64,000 bases of DNA from Octopus sinensis (lineage: Eukaryota): the NCBI RefSeq assembly GCF_006345805.1, contig NC_043002.1:78368001-78432000 (forward strand). The letters are read 5' to 3'. Shown in pieces: positions 12,393-24,419 of the stretch (positions are counted from its first letter, which is position 1; each line of letters starts with the position of its first letter). Below the pieces are notes generated by a model. It was not told the origin of the DNA. It worked only from the letters and a program-made list of their open reading frames with translations, and made no database searches. A program made the position numbers and the translations under genes.

Positions 12393-12588
12393 GAGGCACC
12401 ACACTGCCTTTTTTTTTTAAATGACTCATTTACTGTGTTCACTTCCTGTGCATTATTCTATGTACTGTTCATGAACTTTGGCTACTTTTTCTGGGTTCCG
12501 GGTTCAATCCCACTGTGTGGCACCTTGGGCCAACCAAAGCCTTGTGAGTGGATTTGGTAGACAGAAACTGAAAGAAGCCTGTCGTATG

Positions 12589-12619
<31 letters not shown>

Positions 12620-12623
<4 letters not shown>

Positions 12624-13061
12624 CCTTCGAACTTTGGGTCTCACAGAGGCAATGAAAAAAGACCAAGACCTCTGGAGATATGCTGTGACTGCGAAGACCC
12701 AACAAATAACATGAGTTCATGGCTGTTTCCTGCACCAGCTTCACATAGAAGCCCCAGCTCATCCAAAGTACCTTGGATTGCAGGACGGCCTGCTGTGCTT
12801 ACCTTGGAATGTAGGGTGACCTGCTGTGCTTGAGGAGACCTATTGAGTCAAGTACATCAACATCAAAAAATCAAATGGAAATTGTATTTGTGATACCTGT
12901 GCTGGTGGCACGTAAAAATCACCCACTACACTCACGGAGTAGAAACACTGCCAGATCAGACTGGAGCCTGGTGCAGCCTCCTGGCTTCCCAGACCCCAGT
13001 CAAACCGTCCAACCCATGCTAGCATGGAAAACGGACATTAAACGATGATGATGATGATGAT
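12620..13061 (+). mobile_element. RTE LINE 3' end (ORF tail, 3'UTR, (GAT)n)
   Basis: YDLRTLGLTEAMKKDQDLWRYAV followed by the common 3'UTR and (GAT)n. Confidence 0.8.
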
Positions 13062-13078
13062 ATATATATATATATATA

Positions 13079-13410
13079 TTGTTATATTTCGGAATGGTCA
13101 TTTTACCAGTTTAGCCAATAAAAACACACGCACTATATATTTGGTGTTATTTTGCTTCAGTGTTATTTATTTTTTACATTAATCTTAATCTTATTTCAGC
13201 CAGAGTTCTTTCGTCACACTCCTGTGACCACATCAGTGGTCCTTTGTTTTCTTCTTTCTTATTTGTGCCTCTCCTTACTAACCGTCAGCCATTTTGTATT
13301 TCTATTGTATGTCTTAATTTGCGCATGCTTATATCTCTATGTGCGTTTATGTTTATTTAGTGTGTGTATGTGGGGGGATGCCTGTAATATTTGTATCTTC
13401 TGTTTATATA
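13079..13410 (-). mobile_element. Copy of the terminal region of the Penelope-like element at 14862-16305
   Basis: Near-identical reverse complement of 15960-16305. Confidence 0.7.
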
Positions 13411-14615
13411 TGTTCATGTAAGGCAAAAGAGACCAATAGAATAAGTACTAGGCTTACAAAGAATAAGTTCTGGCGTCGATATGCTCGACTAAAAGTGGTG
13501 CTCCAGCATGGCCGCAGTCAAATGACTGAAACAAGTAAAAGAAAAAGAGACTGTACCTGAGTACTGTGTAGAATAAGTTCATTATTATTATGTGGTGCTA
13601 CCTACTTCCAATCTTTCTTGGAAACACATCTGGCCATGCTCAATGAAATATTAATTTTCTTGGAAATGGATGAGGAATGGTCACAGGAAGGACATTAGAC
13701 TGCTGAAAACCTGCCTTGAGCATGGTGGCCATTAAAAAACGATGATGAAGAGGGGGAGGATAATGACGACAACAAAGATGATGAGGAGGAGGAGGGGAGA
13801 AGGAGACCTCTGCCAATTGTATACAGCAACTCTATCATGGATGAGCCACACAATAATATACAATAATTTTTAAAATCTCTTCAAATTATATATGTTGCAG
13901 TGTAACTGTGTGAGCAGACAGGTTGCAGTTGTAAGTCAAAAATCTTAACATCTCAGAAATTATAAATTCAAAGTGAATTTTACAGTTTTTTTGTGTTTTT
14001 TTTTTTGTGTGTGTGTGTGTGTTTCTAACCAGCTCTTTCAACACATGGTCTCAGAATCAAGTCACTTGCAAAACAAGTGCAACTCTGAAACACACAAACC
14101 CACACACACACACACACAAAACATACTTACATACACACATAACATGTATACATACATTCACACATAACATTCTACATGCATTCATAGACACACAAATAAC
14201 ATACATACATATATCAATGCCCCAGCATAGCCACAACCCAATGAATAAAGCCAGTAAAAGATAAAAGATAAAAAGCATATACATGTGTGTTTGTGTGTGT
14301 ATACATTTGTGTATGAATACATATATGTATTATACATACATACATTTATATATATATATACATATTTATTTATAAATTCCATCTAAGGATTATTATTGTT
14401 ATTACTATATTTATCCTACATTATATCGACACAGCTCAGTGCAACTCCCCAAAACTGGTATTGCCAGTTGGCATCATTAGACTGTAACTGGCATAATAAA
14501 ATAGAAGCTTTTATATGCATATTCAAAATGTTTCCCGTAAACAAAATTAAAGGATATATATATATATATGTATGTATGTATATATATATATATACATACA
14601 TACATTTATATATAT

Positions 14616-14687
<72 letters not shown>

Positions 14688-14691
<4 letters not shown>

Positions 14692-14860
14692 GGAAAGTTT
14701 ATGAAAATAAACAAAAGACGAAGGCAGGTGGAGTACAAACAAACAAATGTATTAGTATACCGCTCAGGAATAGAAAAAATCTTTACATTTCAAGCCTACG
14801 CTCTTCGACAGAAAGATACACAGAAAAAAACAAGGAGAGAAAAAATGCATGTAGGAGCTA
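14688..14860 (-). mobile_element. Penelope-type terminal repeat (family Y), decayed HHR at 14779-14817
   Basis: Homologous to 10989-11168; ACGT has become ATGT. Confidence 0.65.
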
Positions 14861-14861
14861 T

Positions 14862-15159
14862 ATATCTCTATGTGTGATTATGTTTATTTTGTGTGTGTAT
14901 GTGGGGGGATGCCTGTAATATTTGTATTTTCTGTTTATATATGTTCATGTAATTTGTATTTTGTTTTTTGTTTTTGTTGTTTTTGTTTATTCATTTATTC
15001 TTATTTTGTTCATGTGTTTACATCCACTTATTATTATCATTACATATGCTTGTATGTATAACAATACTAGTAATAACAATAATAAATCGAATCGAAAAAA
15101 AAAAATAATAATAAAAATAAATAAAAATTTAAATAAAAAAAAATTATAATAAAAAAAAA

Positions 15160-15210
<51 letters not shown>

Positions 15211-16305
15211 TATATATATATATATAGTTATTTATTTCTATTAGTTTATTTATCTGTGTATTTATTATGTTTTCAGGATCCTCTATCGTCATATGTTGTG
15301 GTGTGTGTTAGTGCTCCATTCTAGTTTTCTATTCAGGCTAGGTTTATTTTCTATTATGTGTGTAGCTTCTGTAATTTGTCTAATTGTTGCATCTGATCTA
15401 TGTGTGGATAATATTTTAATTTCTATGTTATTGATTGACCCCCCGTGTTCCTGTTCGGCGTGTTGGTACAGAATCAATGAGCTTTTACCTTCCTTGAGTT
15501 GTCTCCAATGCTCATTTACCCGCTCTCCTATGCTTCTTGCCATTTCCCCAACGTATGTCATTGTCTTGTTACTGCATCGTCCCTCTATACATCTTATACT
15601 ATAGACTATATTTCTGGCTTTACAGTTTGTTTGTGGGCTAAATCTACATACAGTACAGTACTTATCCGTACAGGGGGTTCTACTAAAAGGATAGGTTCTA
15701 CCAATTATAGATTTGATAGGGTTGCCTGGCTTTTCTACAACCTTAATTCTTAGCTTAAGTTTGTCTAGGGTCCTTCTAAAGCGGTACGCCAGTTCACCTC
15801 CAGGGGTGGTGTCAACGAACATGACACTCTGGTATTTATGGCTATCATACCAAGAGTTGGCCTTCCCTATTTTCTTTTTTGTCCCTTCTATATGTAAACA
15901 CATGAACAAAATAAGAATAAATGAATAAAAAAAAACAACAAAAACAAAAACCAAAATACAAATTACATGAACATATATAAACAGAAAATACAAATATTAC
16001 AGGCATCCCCCCACATACACACACTAAATAAACATAAACACACATAGAGATATAAGCATGCGCAAATGAAGACATACAATAGAAATACAAAATGGCTGAC
16101 GGTTAGTAAGGAGAGACACAAATAAGAAAGAAGAAAACAAAGGACCACTGATGTGGTCACAGGAGTGTGATGAAAGAACTCTGGTCGAAATAAGATTAAG
16201 ATTAATGTAAAAAATAAATAACACTGAAGCAAAATAACACCAAATATATAGTGCGTGTGTTTTTATTGGCTAAACTGGCAATATGACCATTCCGAAATAT
16301 AACAA
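14862..16305 (-). mobile_element. 5'-truncated Penelope-like retroelement with inverted terminal repeat
   Basis: GIY-YIG ORF remnant flanked by inverted copies of the same segment (14862-15025 versus about 15895-16055). Confidence 0.85.
15289..15895 (-). pseudogene. C-terminal linker and GIY-YIG endonuclease of a Penelope-like element
   Basis: Open frame with FVDTTPGGELA, IKVVEKPG, C-x4-C-x2-C cluster, NIVYSIRC, TYVGEMARSIGERVNEH, H-x4-H, RQITEA, KPSLN. Confidence 0.85.
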
Positions 16306-16430
16306 TATCTGTTTCAACACATGACTTCACATAAAAAATCTTGCACAACAAATATTTAAACGTATATATATATATACATACATACATACATACATACATA
16401 CATACACATACATACATACATACATACATA

Positions 16431-17694
16431 CAGGGTGCGTAAGATATTTCAGGACAAATTTATGATTATAAAAAACACAGATATATAATAACAGATAATA
16501 ACTTTATTTATCAAAAAATGCGATGAGGATAAAAATAGAGCTTCTTTTCTATAATGTTATTCAATAAAGCCACCTTCAGCTTCAACAATCCTTCTATATG
16601 AGATCTAAATCATCTACATGCTTGAATCATGAGGCCCTGGTTCATTTTGGACATTACTCTATGGCAGCTTTCAAAGAATCTTTGGTGTTATGGGTGTGTT
16701 CATTGACCTCTCTCTCTCAACAACACTCCACATGTAATAGTTTAATGGATTGAGATCTGGGGAATTAGGAGGCCAAATGTTAGCGGGTTATGTGATCATG
16801 AAAAATTTCAGCCATCCATTCCTGTGTTACTAGAGCCATGTGTGATAGTGCAATGTCTTACTGAAACACATATGGCCTTCCATTGCATACACTGTCTATC
16901 CAGGGCTTAACAATTATTTCCAGGACTTCAATGTAGGCAGCAGAGATAACTCTAAGGCCTTGTTGAAAGAAGAAAGGAGGCATCACATATCCTTCATTGC
17001 TGACAACCCCTAAAACCATGACAGTTACAGGAAATTTTGTATGCATAACACTTGGAAGTTCAGAAGGGTCTGCACATAACCATCTATCATTCCTTCTGTT
17101 AACTTTTTGATCTTGGTCAAAGTTTTTCTCATTTGAGAAAAACCAAATTAAATCTTCTGCTGCATTTTTCAGATTGTTTAAGAGCCTGTTAGATCTGATG
17201 TAGTGATTTTCAGACAAATTGACCTATCCTCATCATATAAGCCTTATATCTGATGTCTTCATGAACAACATTTCTGACTGTTCCTTCTGATACATCTTTT
17301 GCAATTGACCTCATGGACTTTCTGGGATTGTAATCAATGGTCTGTTGAACTTGCCGGATAAATTCAGGTATTCTGATGATTTCAGAGAGTTTAGAATATT
17401 TTTTATGCTTTGATATTGGTGATACATTTCCATCTGCAGTCTCTAGCTCCTTACAAACTTTGTAGACGAAAGATCTGGCAACTTTTAAAAACCAAGATAT
17501 TTCTAAATCGCTATGCTCAGCCTTTATAACCACAATAACAGCATACTTCTTCATTTCTTGGGTAAGCTGAGGGTCTGCCATTATTATTTTGTGAAAAGAT
17601 TATACAGAATGAGAAAGAGAAAAAAAGAGAAAATGAGCAAAAAATACAGCAATGACCCCCCAAAGTTATGTCCTCAAATACTTTATGAACCTTG
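16431..17694 (-). pseudogene. maT-like (DD37D) Tc1/mariner transposon, near full length, decayed transposase
   Basis: TA-flanked imperfect TIRs of about 25 bp; WFFSNEK, NRRNDRW, VMVLGVVSNEG, YVFQ*D, WPPNSPDLNPLNY; 37-residue spacing after allowing one frameshift. Confidence 0.9.
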
Positions 17695-17737
17695 TATATA
17701 TATATATATTATATATATATATAATATATATATATAT

Positions 17738-17897
17738 AAAACGTGAGGACATGGAATAACCACAGTGTCATTAGATGCTCAGGAAAGGAAAGAAAGAAGG
17801 AAGATTTCACATTTCGAGTGGATGTCTTCGTCAGAAATATAGAAAAAGTCCAAAGAAGGGAAGACGGAGAAAGAAAATCGCCAATGAAACACATGCG
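17738..17897 (-). mobile_element. Penelope-type terminal repeat (family Z) with decayed HHR at 17804-17838
   Basis: ATTT-CTGACGA-A-GAC(atcca)CTC-GAA-ATGT-G-AAAT; homologous to 31966-32152. Confidence 0.6.
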
Positions 17898-17923
17898 ATA
17901 TATATATATATATATATATATAT

Positions 17924-19149
17924 ATCATCATCATCATCATCATCATTTAGTGTCCACTTTCCATGCTAGCATGGGTTGGACGGTTCAACTGGGGTCTGTG
18001 AAGCCAGAAGGCTGCATCAAGCCCAGTCTGATCTGGCAGTGTTTCTACGGCTGGATGCCCTTCCTAACACCAACCACTCCGTGAGTGTAGTGGGTGCTTT
18101 TTACGTGCCACCCGCACAGGTGCCAGACGGAGATGGCCAACTGCCACAGACGGATGGTGCTTTTTACGTGCCACCGGCACAGGGGCCAGGCGAAGCTGGC
18201 AACGGCCATGAACGGATGGTGCTTTTACGTGCCACCGGCACGGGGGCCAGGCGAGGTTGGCAACAGCCACGAACGGATGGTGCTTTTTACATGTCACCGG
18301 CATGGAGGTCAGTCGGGGTGGCACTGGCAACGGCCACGATCGGATGGTTCGCTTACTTGTGGCGAAGCTGGCAACGGCCATGAACGGATGGTGCTTTTAC
18401 GTGCCACCGGCACGGGGGCCAGGCGAGGTTGGCAACAGCCACGAACGGATGGTGCTTTTTACATGTCACCGGCATGGAGGCCAGTCGGGGTGGCACTGGC
18501 AACGGCCATGATCGGATGGTTCGCTTACTTGTCACCGGCACTGGTATCACAGCTGCAATTTCCATTGATGTTGATCGACTTCGATTTTGGTTCTGCTTTC
18601 TGATATCTGATTTGATTTGGTTTGATTTTGATTTTGACTTTGATTTTGATTTTCACTTGCCTCAACGGGTCTTCACAAGTGGAGTTCTGTGTCCCAAGAA
18701 GGAAAGTCGACTGGCTACATACCAGGTAGAGGCCATGGGTTATGGTCTCACTAGTCTTGCCGGGTCTTCTCACGCACAGCATACTTCCATAGGTCTCGGT
18801 CTCTAGTCATTTCTTTGGTGAGACCTAAAGTTCGAAGGTCGTGCTTCACCACCTCGTCCCAGGTTTTCCTGGGTCTACCTCTTCCACAGGTTCCCTCAAC
18901 TGCTAGGGTGTGGCACTTTTGCACACAACTATCTTCAGCCATTCTCGTCACATGATCATACCAGCGCAAACGTCTCTCTTGCACACCACAACTGATGCTT
19001 CTTAGGTCCAACTTCTCTCTCAAGGTACTTACACTCTGTCGATTATGAACACTGACATTACACATCCATTGGAGCATACTGGCTTCATTTCTTGTGAGCT
19101 TACGCATATCCTCAGCAGTCACAGCCCATGTTTCACTACCATGTAGCAT
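17924..19149 (-). mobile_element. RTE LINE 3' fragment (ORF remnant 18751-19149, repeat-expanded 3'UTR, (GAT)n)
   Basis: LHGSETWAVT...RRLRWYDHVTRM...GRGRPRKTWDEVVKHDLRTLGL...DRDLWKYAV*. Confidence 0.9.
18189..18532. repeat. 172-bp tandem duplication built from shorter related subunits inside the RTE 3'UTR
   Basis: 18189-18360 and 18361-18532 are near-identical; recurring CGGATGGTGCTTTT(T)ACGTGCCACC core. Confidence 0.9.
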
Positions 19150-19637
19150 ATATATATATATATATATTTGCAGAGATTCATTATAGGTATAAGAATATAC
19201 CATAAACAAGTATACACGCACACACACACATGATAGGTCACTTTAGTTTCTATCTACCCATTTCACCTACAAAGTAGAGGACACCAACCGCCAGCATCCA
19301 TGCAGTGGGACCAAACCCCTGACCATGTGCTCCCAGATCAAACACATTGAACAGGATTGAACATTCCCTACCAATTCTTATTCAAAGATCCTGTCCCCCT
19401 GCACACCTTGGCTAAGATTGGGATTGTGATGTTCACATTTCATTTATATGTTCTGCTTACAGTTTAGTTTCTAAAACTGGCTGACCCTTTTTTTTTCAAT
19501 CACCAATCAGTTCACAGCATATACTATAAAATGAACTTTCTCTTCTCTTCTTTCCATTCTCTCTGGCTCCATCTACAGTCATTTATTCCTGTTTCTTTTT
19601 CTTGTATCTTCCTTTTTATACCACTTCACTTACTCAC

Positions 19638-19698
<61 letters not shown>

Positions 19699-20030
19699 AC
19701 TGTTTTCACTTCTCTGCTTCCTTTTCTCTTTCTGTCCGCCCTCAAAAATTCAGCAACAAGATGACAGTTTTCACAGGAAACTTGATTAATGTAGGGTAGC
19801 TGCTGATGAAATAGCAGCTGATTTTAATTCATTTAAGAAAACAAGTTTTGTAGATGTAAAGTTCCAAATGTAGTAGCCATTTTCTTTACAAGAAATTGGC
19901 TAAAAAATGATGTTTCCACATATAATATAATGGAAAAACAGGACCTGCCATATGTACATATTTTGATCTGGTCTACAAAAAGATTCATTTCTATCAAATT
20001 GATTCCTTCACATTTACAGAGCTTCCAGAT

Positions 20031-20137
20031 GGGAGAAAGGTCTCCAGGGATAAAGAGGTCTCCGAGGAGAAAGAGGTCTCCTGGGAGAAAGAGGTCTCCA
20101 AGGAGAAAGAGGTCTCCAGAGAGAAAGAGGTCTCCAG
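20031..20137. repeat. 18-bp minisatellite (about 6 units of GGAGAAAGAGGTCTCCAG)
   Basis: Direct reading; it lies immediately after the Helitron ELPD motif. Confidence 0.9.
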
Positions 20138-20636
20138 ATTTGCCAAAACCTAAGTGGTTCTTAATCCATGTGGTGCCCTTAACAAGACATCACCTTTTAT
20201 GAGAAAGAAAAAATGCAAAATCAAACATACCAAACAGTTTCCTAAACCCTTTTGTCAAAGGGGTCCCAAGCTTGTAAAAGTAGTAATCCCTCTTACAAAG
20301 AGTAACAAAAAAAGATGGAGGTTTCCAAACCTTTGTAAGTCAGCACAAAATTTACAACAGCTGATAATTCTTATTTCTCACTCCTGACTGAGATATCTGA
20401 TACACACATTAATGCCAAGCTTTGTAATTCAATAAAGTTCATCAAATATATCTGAAAATACTTTGTCAAAGGATCTGACATGGCAACATTTGTTCTGATG
20501 CAGCAAAGAAACTGCAGTGAAGCTGTTCAATTTCATCAAGGATCATACATTGACAGCAGCTATAATTTCTAGCTCTCTTTGATTTTTCCTATTCATAAAG
20601 ATACCCCAGCATTTAATAACATGCTGTTCAGTTTAA

Positions 20637-21297
20637 CCGTGGTTCTCAACCAGGATCCATGTGGCGCTTGCAGGGCCCATATAAGATTTTACAGATAAGG
20701 TTTAACAGTGGTTCTCAACCAGGATCCATGTGGTGCTTGCAGGGCCCATATAAGATTTTACAGATAAGGTTTAACAGTGGTTCTCAACCAGGATCCATGT
20801 GGCGCTTGCAGGGCCCATATAAGATTTTACAGATAAGGTTTAACAGTGGTTCTCAACCAGGATCCATGTGGCGCTTGCAGGGCCCATATAAGATTTTACA
20901 GATAAGGTTTAACAGTGGTTCTCAACCAGGATCCATGTGGCGCTTGCAGGGCCATATAGATTTTACAGATAAGGTATAACAGTGGTTCTCAACCAGGATC
21001 CATGTGGCGCTTGCAGGGCCCATATAAGATTTTACAGATAAGGTTTAACAGTGGTTCTCAACCAGGATCCATATGGCGCTTACAGGGCCCTTGTAATATT
21101 TTACAGATAAAGTGCAATAAATGGTTATATTTCTACAATAGATAAAGTATTTTAGCAATTTTTAATACAATTCCTTATAATATTTAATTACAGAAATATA
21201 ACAGGATTTTTTTAAAACATTGAATGGCTAAGAAGGTCCACGTGAGTAAAATAGGAATTAAAGGGGTTCAAAGGCAAAAAATGGTCATGAGCCACTA
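20637..21297. mobile_element. hAT-type MITE (21049-21297) preceded by six tandem copies of its own 5' 69 bp
   Basis: Units start at 20637, 20706, 20775, 20844, 20913, 20980 and 21049, each with CAGTGGTTCTCAACC (first unit CCGTGG); degenerate right TIR GGTCATGAGCCACTA. Confidence 0.8.
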
Positions 21298-21663
21298 ACT
21301 TAGAAAATGGTCAAAGAGTTTACTTCACTAAAGCAGCTGTTGCATAGCAAAGTCCAAAAAAACATAATGCTTACAACCTTTTTTAAAGTTATTCCAGTAA
21401 TATTCCTTTGCAAAAACCATGAGACCAACATTACATGGATATTGATAGAGCCATTGAAAGAGAGTATACTGTACATGCCAGACAACATCAATGTTTCTTT
21501 CTATGACTTCATAAAATAGGAAGTTCAAGTTAATTTCAAGGTAAAATTTGCACTACAGAGTGATGTGCTTTATAACTGGATTACTGAAAAATGATGTCCA
21601 GTAAGATGAAGAGTGTCAGGAGCTTTTTAATCACAAACAGCCAAAGGTCATTAGGATCTTTAA

Positions 21664-21884
21664 CCCTTTCATTAACGCATTTATTTTGAGATACTCTGTG
21701 TTTCCTTCAGTTATTTTAAATATAACAAAGAATTTAGTAAAATAACTTAGTTATCATTAAGCTAGTGTTAGGAACTTATATTGTGACTAAGGTTTGGCGG
21801 GAGATTCTAATTCAAAACTTATGAAAACAAGACATTTGTATTACAGAGCCAGAAACTGTTTCAGCCGGGTTGGTATCAAAAAGG
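21664..21884. mobile_element. piggyBac-like MITE, same family as 6376-6595, opposite orientation
   Basis: TTAA on both sides; the body is a reverse-complement homologue of 6376-6595. Confidence 0.8.
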
Positions 21885-23404
21885 TTAAGCTATGCTGAGC
21901 CATCTAGTTATTTCAGCTTTGGTTGAAGAACTAAAATGACCCTGCCAAAGAGTCTAAGCATCAAGTTTAACAGATTTGCCCCAGAAGGGGAAATAGAGTT
22001 CTTAGATGAAATTAATGGGATATTCTTTATTAGCATACTCAATGATATAAACGGCCAAAACTTACAAAAATATGGCTTCTCTTACTTAAACAGCACTGAA
22101 GACAATAGTCTAACAACAGAAATTTTGAAAGGCATCATATAAGTGGAAACATTTATAGTGTATGTAAAAGACAAAGAACACAGACTCACTGTGAAAGATA
22201 GAGTAATAGACTATTCTACTATTTTTTAAAGAGTTTGACAATGTGAGGCTGGAATTTTCTTCCTTCCTGTTGACATTGTAACTGAAAATACTTCTTGATC
22301 AGTCTATTGCTTACCAAACTCTGTCAACTTATTGCAATAGTGTGTTCAGATATTACTGCCACACTCCTTCCTGAGAGCTCTACAGCACAGTGTGCTTTCA
22401 AACTCCTCTTGGAATTGGGTAGAAACGGTTCTCCTGTTTGTAATATTGCCAAGAATTCTGAAACTAGACAAGTTTTTAGATACCAAATGATTGCCTAGAA
22501 TGAATGTATTATTTATTCACAAGAGAACTTTTGAGGCCCTGAACAGGACATTGCATGAACTGCATGACAAAAAATTTCAAATGGATGGAGTAGTCAGATT
22601 CTGCTAATGATAACAAAAGGAAAGAAGGTATATAAAAGTCATACTTGTCTTAAAATGTCATTGCTTTGAACCAAACTTAAAATCTTCAAACTTTCTACAA
22701 GACCATTAAACATTTTTAAAGATCAATTGTTTGGTCATTTTGCAACAAATTTATTACAAGTTGAAGAAGAAATATCTTTCTGACAGTAATGGTAACATGA
22801 ACACAGTTCCTATAATTGCAGTGGTTAAGATACCAGGCAGTTTAGTATCAAAGAAATTCCTTGGTTAGCAAAATTTTCAACTAACACACAAGTGACTGTA
22901 TGGAGAAAAAAATGTTCGGGCAACTGTAACAACTGGCATCTGTTACAAGAATATTCAGGAAATAGCCATAGCCACAAATCAGCAGACACCGTTATGAATC
23001 AGAAAGAAATAGTTCATTATCCAATAGAATTACAAAATCCATTGGAATCTTCAGATTTACTGCTAGACAGACATCAGCTAAAAACAGAATCACCAATAAT
23101 TTGGATCAGTTACAACTGTGCAATAGCACAAAACAGATGGCTAAGTGGCTTGCAACACATGTCACTGCAAATTTCAATGGATGCACCAAAAGACAGATGC
23201 AACTACACTCAAAATTCCACCTATAAAAACAGATGTGCTCTTTCAGTTTAAAAGTCTGCAGTTTGCAGAATGTCTAAGCTTCAACATGTTAATCAATAAA
23301 TCCCAAGGGTAAACATTGAAGGTTGCTGGACTGCATTTTGAGAAACACGGCTTAACTAATGGCTAGTTATATACTAGATGCTCAAGAAATATAACCCTCT
23401 CACC

Positions 23405-23439
<35 letters not shown>

Positions 23440-23972
23440 TTAGTGTCCATTTTCCATGTTGGCATGAGTTGGGGAGTTTGACAGGAGCTAGCTGTTTTGG
23501 CTTGATTTCTACAGATGTATGCCTTTCCTAATGCCAACCACTTTATAGAGTGTACTGGGTACTTTTTAAATGCATCATCACCAGTGCATTTTACATGGTA
23601 CCAGTGCTTTTTCTGTGGTACCATCACCAGTGCATTTTACATGGTACCAGCACCAGTGCTTTTTACATGACACCATGATCTTTTTAATTCCTGTTGGTAA
23701 ATAAAAAGTATTGTACATGCTGAGAGCTGACATGACAATGTTTGAGGACTGCCAAAAGCTATAAAGGGTACAAATTTAATACCATAAAACTTAACCCTTT
23801 AGCATTCAGATTACTCTATGAAATGTAATTCTTATTTATTCACATCATTTGAAATTAATTATACATTATCTCATAGCTTTGAGATTTCAATGATGTGATT
23901 GTTTATTTTTAAAAGGACATGGCGTAGTAGGTATGAGAGGCCAGAGCTGACTAGTTTGAAGATAAAACTGGT

Positions 23973-24021
<49 letters not shown>

Positions 24022-24074
24022 CATACATATATAAGTGCGGATGTACACACATACACACACATGCATGTGTGTGA

Positions 24075-24419
24075 GATAACAGTTTCACTTTTAATACTTA
24101 CAGTATTAATAGTTTCATTATGTATATATTATACACATAGTGAAAGTATTAATAGAAAAATTATTAAAAACTGAATGTATTATCTCACATTACAATAGAG
24201 ATGTTATTGTTTCAAAAATGAAATAGTGTAAGAGATAAGAGATTGCTCCTGGCTCACATTAGACAAGAAGTTGAGCATCGTTTTGGCCCATGACACTGCA
24301 TGGACCTTTAGTAAGGCATGCGTATAATTTGAATGAAATTGGTCTGGGAGTTCTTGAGTTTTAGTGATGAGCATGCACACACACACACACACAAGCATTC
24401 TTAGTTTTATATATATAGA
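24075..24419 (-). mobile_element. Non-autonomous Helitron-like 5' fragment
   Basis: Minus strand starts TCTATATATATAAAACTAAGAATGCTTGTGTGTG; the 3' end is not identified. Confidence 0.4.

Larger units (their letters stand above)
19760..23390 (+). pseudogene. Helitron RepHel (Rep plus Pif1-like helicase) pseudogene
   Basis: Colinear remnants across frames: EKQDLPYVHILIW, PCGALNKTSP, HINAKLCNSIKFIKYI*KY..KGSDMA, LENGQRVYFT, ATLLPESSTAQCAFKL, FEALNRTL, HYPIE, FQFKSLQF..LSFNMLINKSQG*TLKVAGL. Confidence 0.85.

Noticed and set aside
15896-15993. ATG at 15993 as the true start of the 234-aa ORF
   Set aside because: This part lies in the inverted terminal repeat; homology begins near 15895 and the RT is missing.
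16262-16305. HHR-like CCATTCC-GAA-ATAT-A-ACAAT (also at about 13079-13120)
   Set aside because: Only the 3' half fits; no CUGANGA-like core or matching stem II strand lies upstream.
17976-18806. Cluster of GC-rich overlapping ORFs
   Set aside because: They are explained by tandem repeats in the RTE 3'UTR and have no recognisable domain.
19930-20202. SR- or protamine-like protein (RKRSP repeats)
   Set aside because: It is an 18-bp minisatellite inside the decayed Helitron.
20637-21110. CRISPR-like array
   Set aside because: The units are contiguous near-identical repeats with no unique spacers, they start with a hAT-type TIR, the context is eukaryotic, and no cas genes are present.
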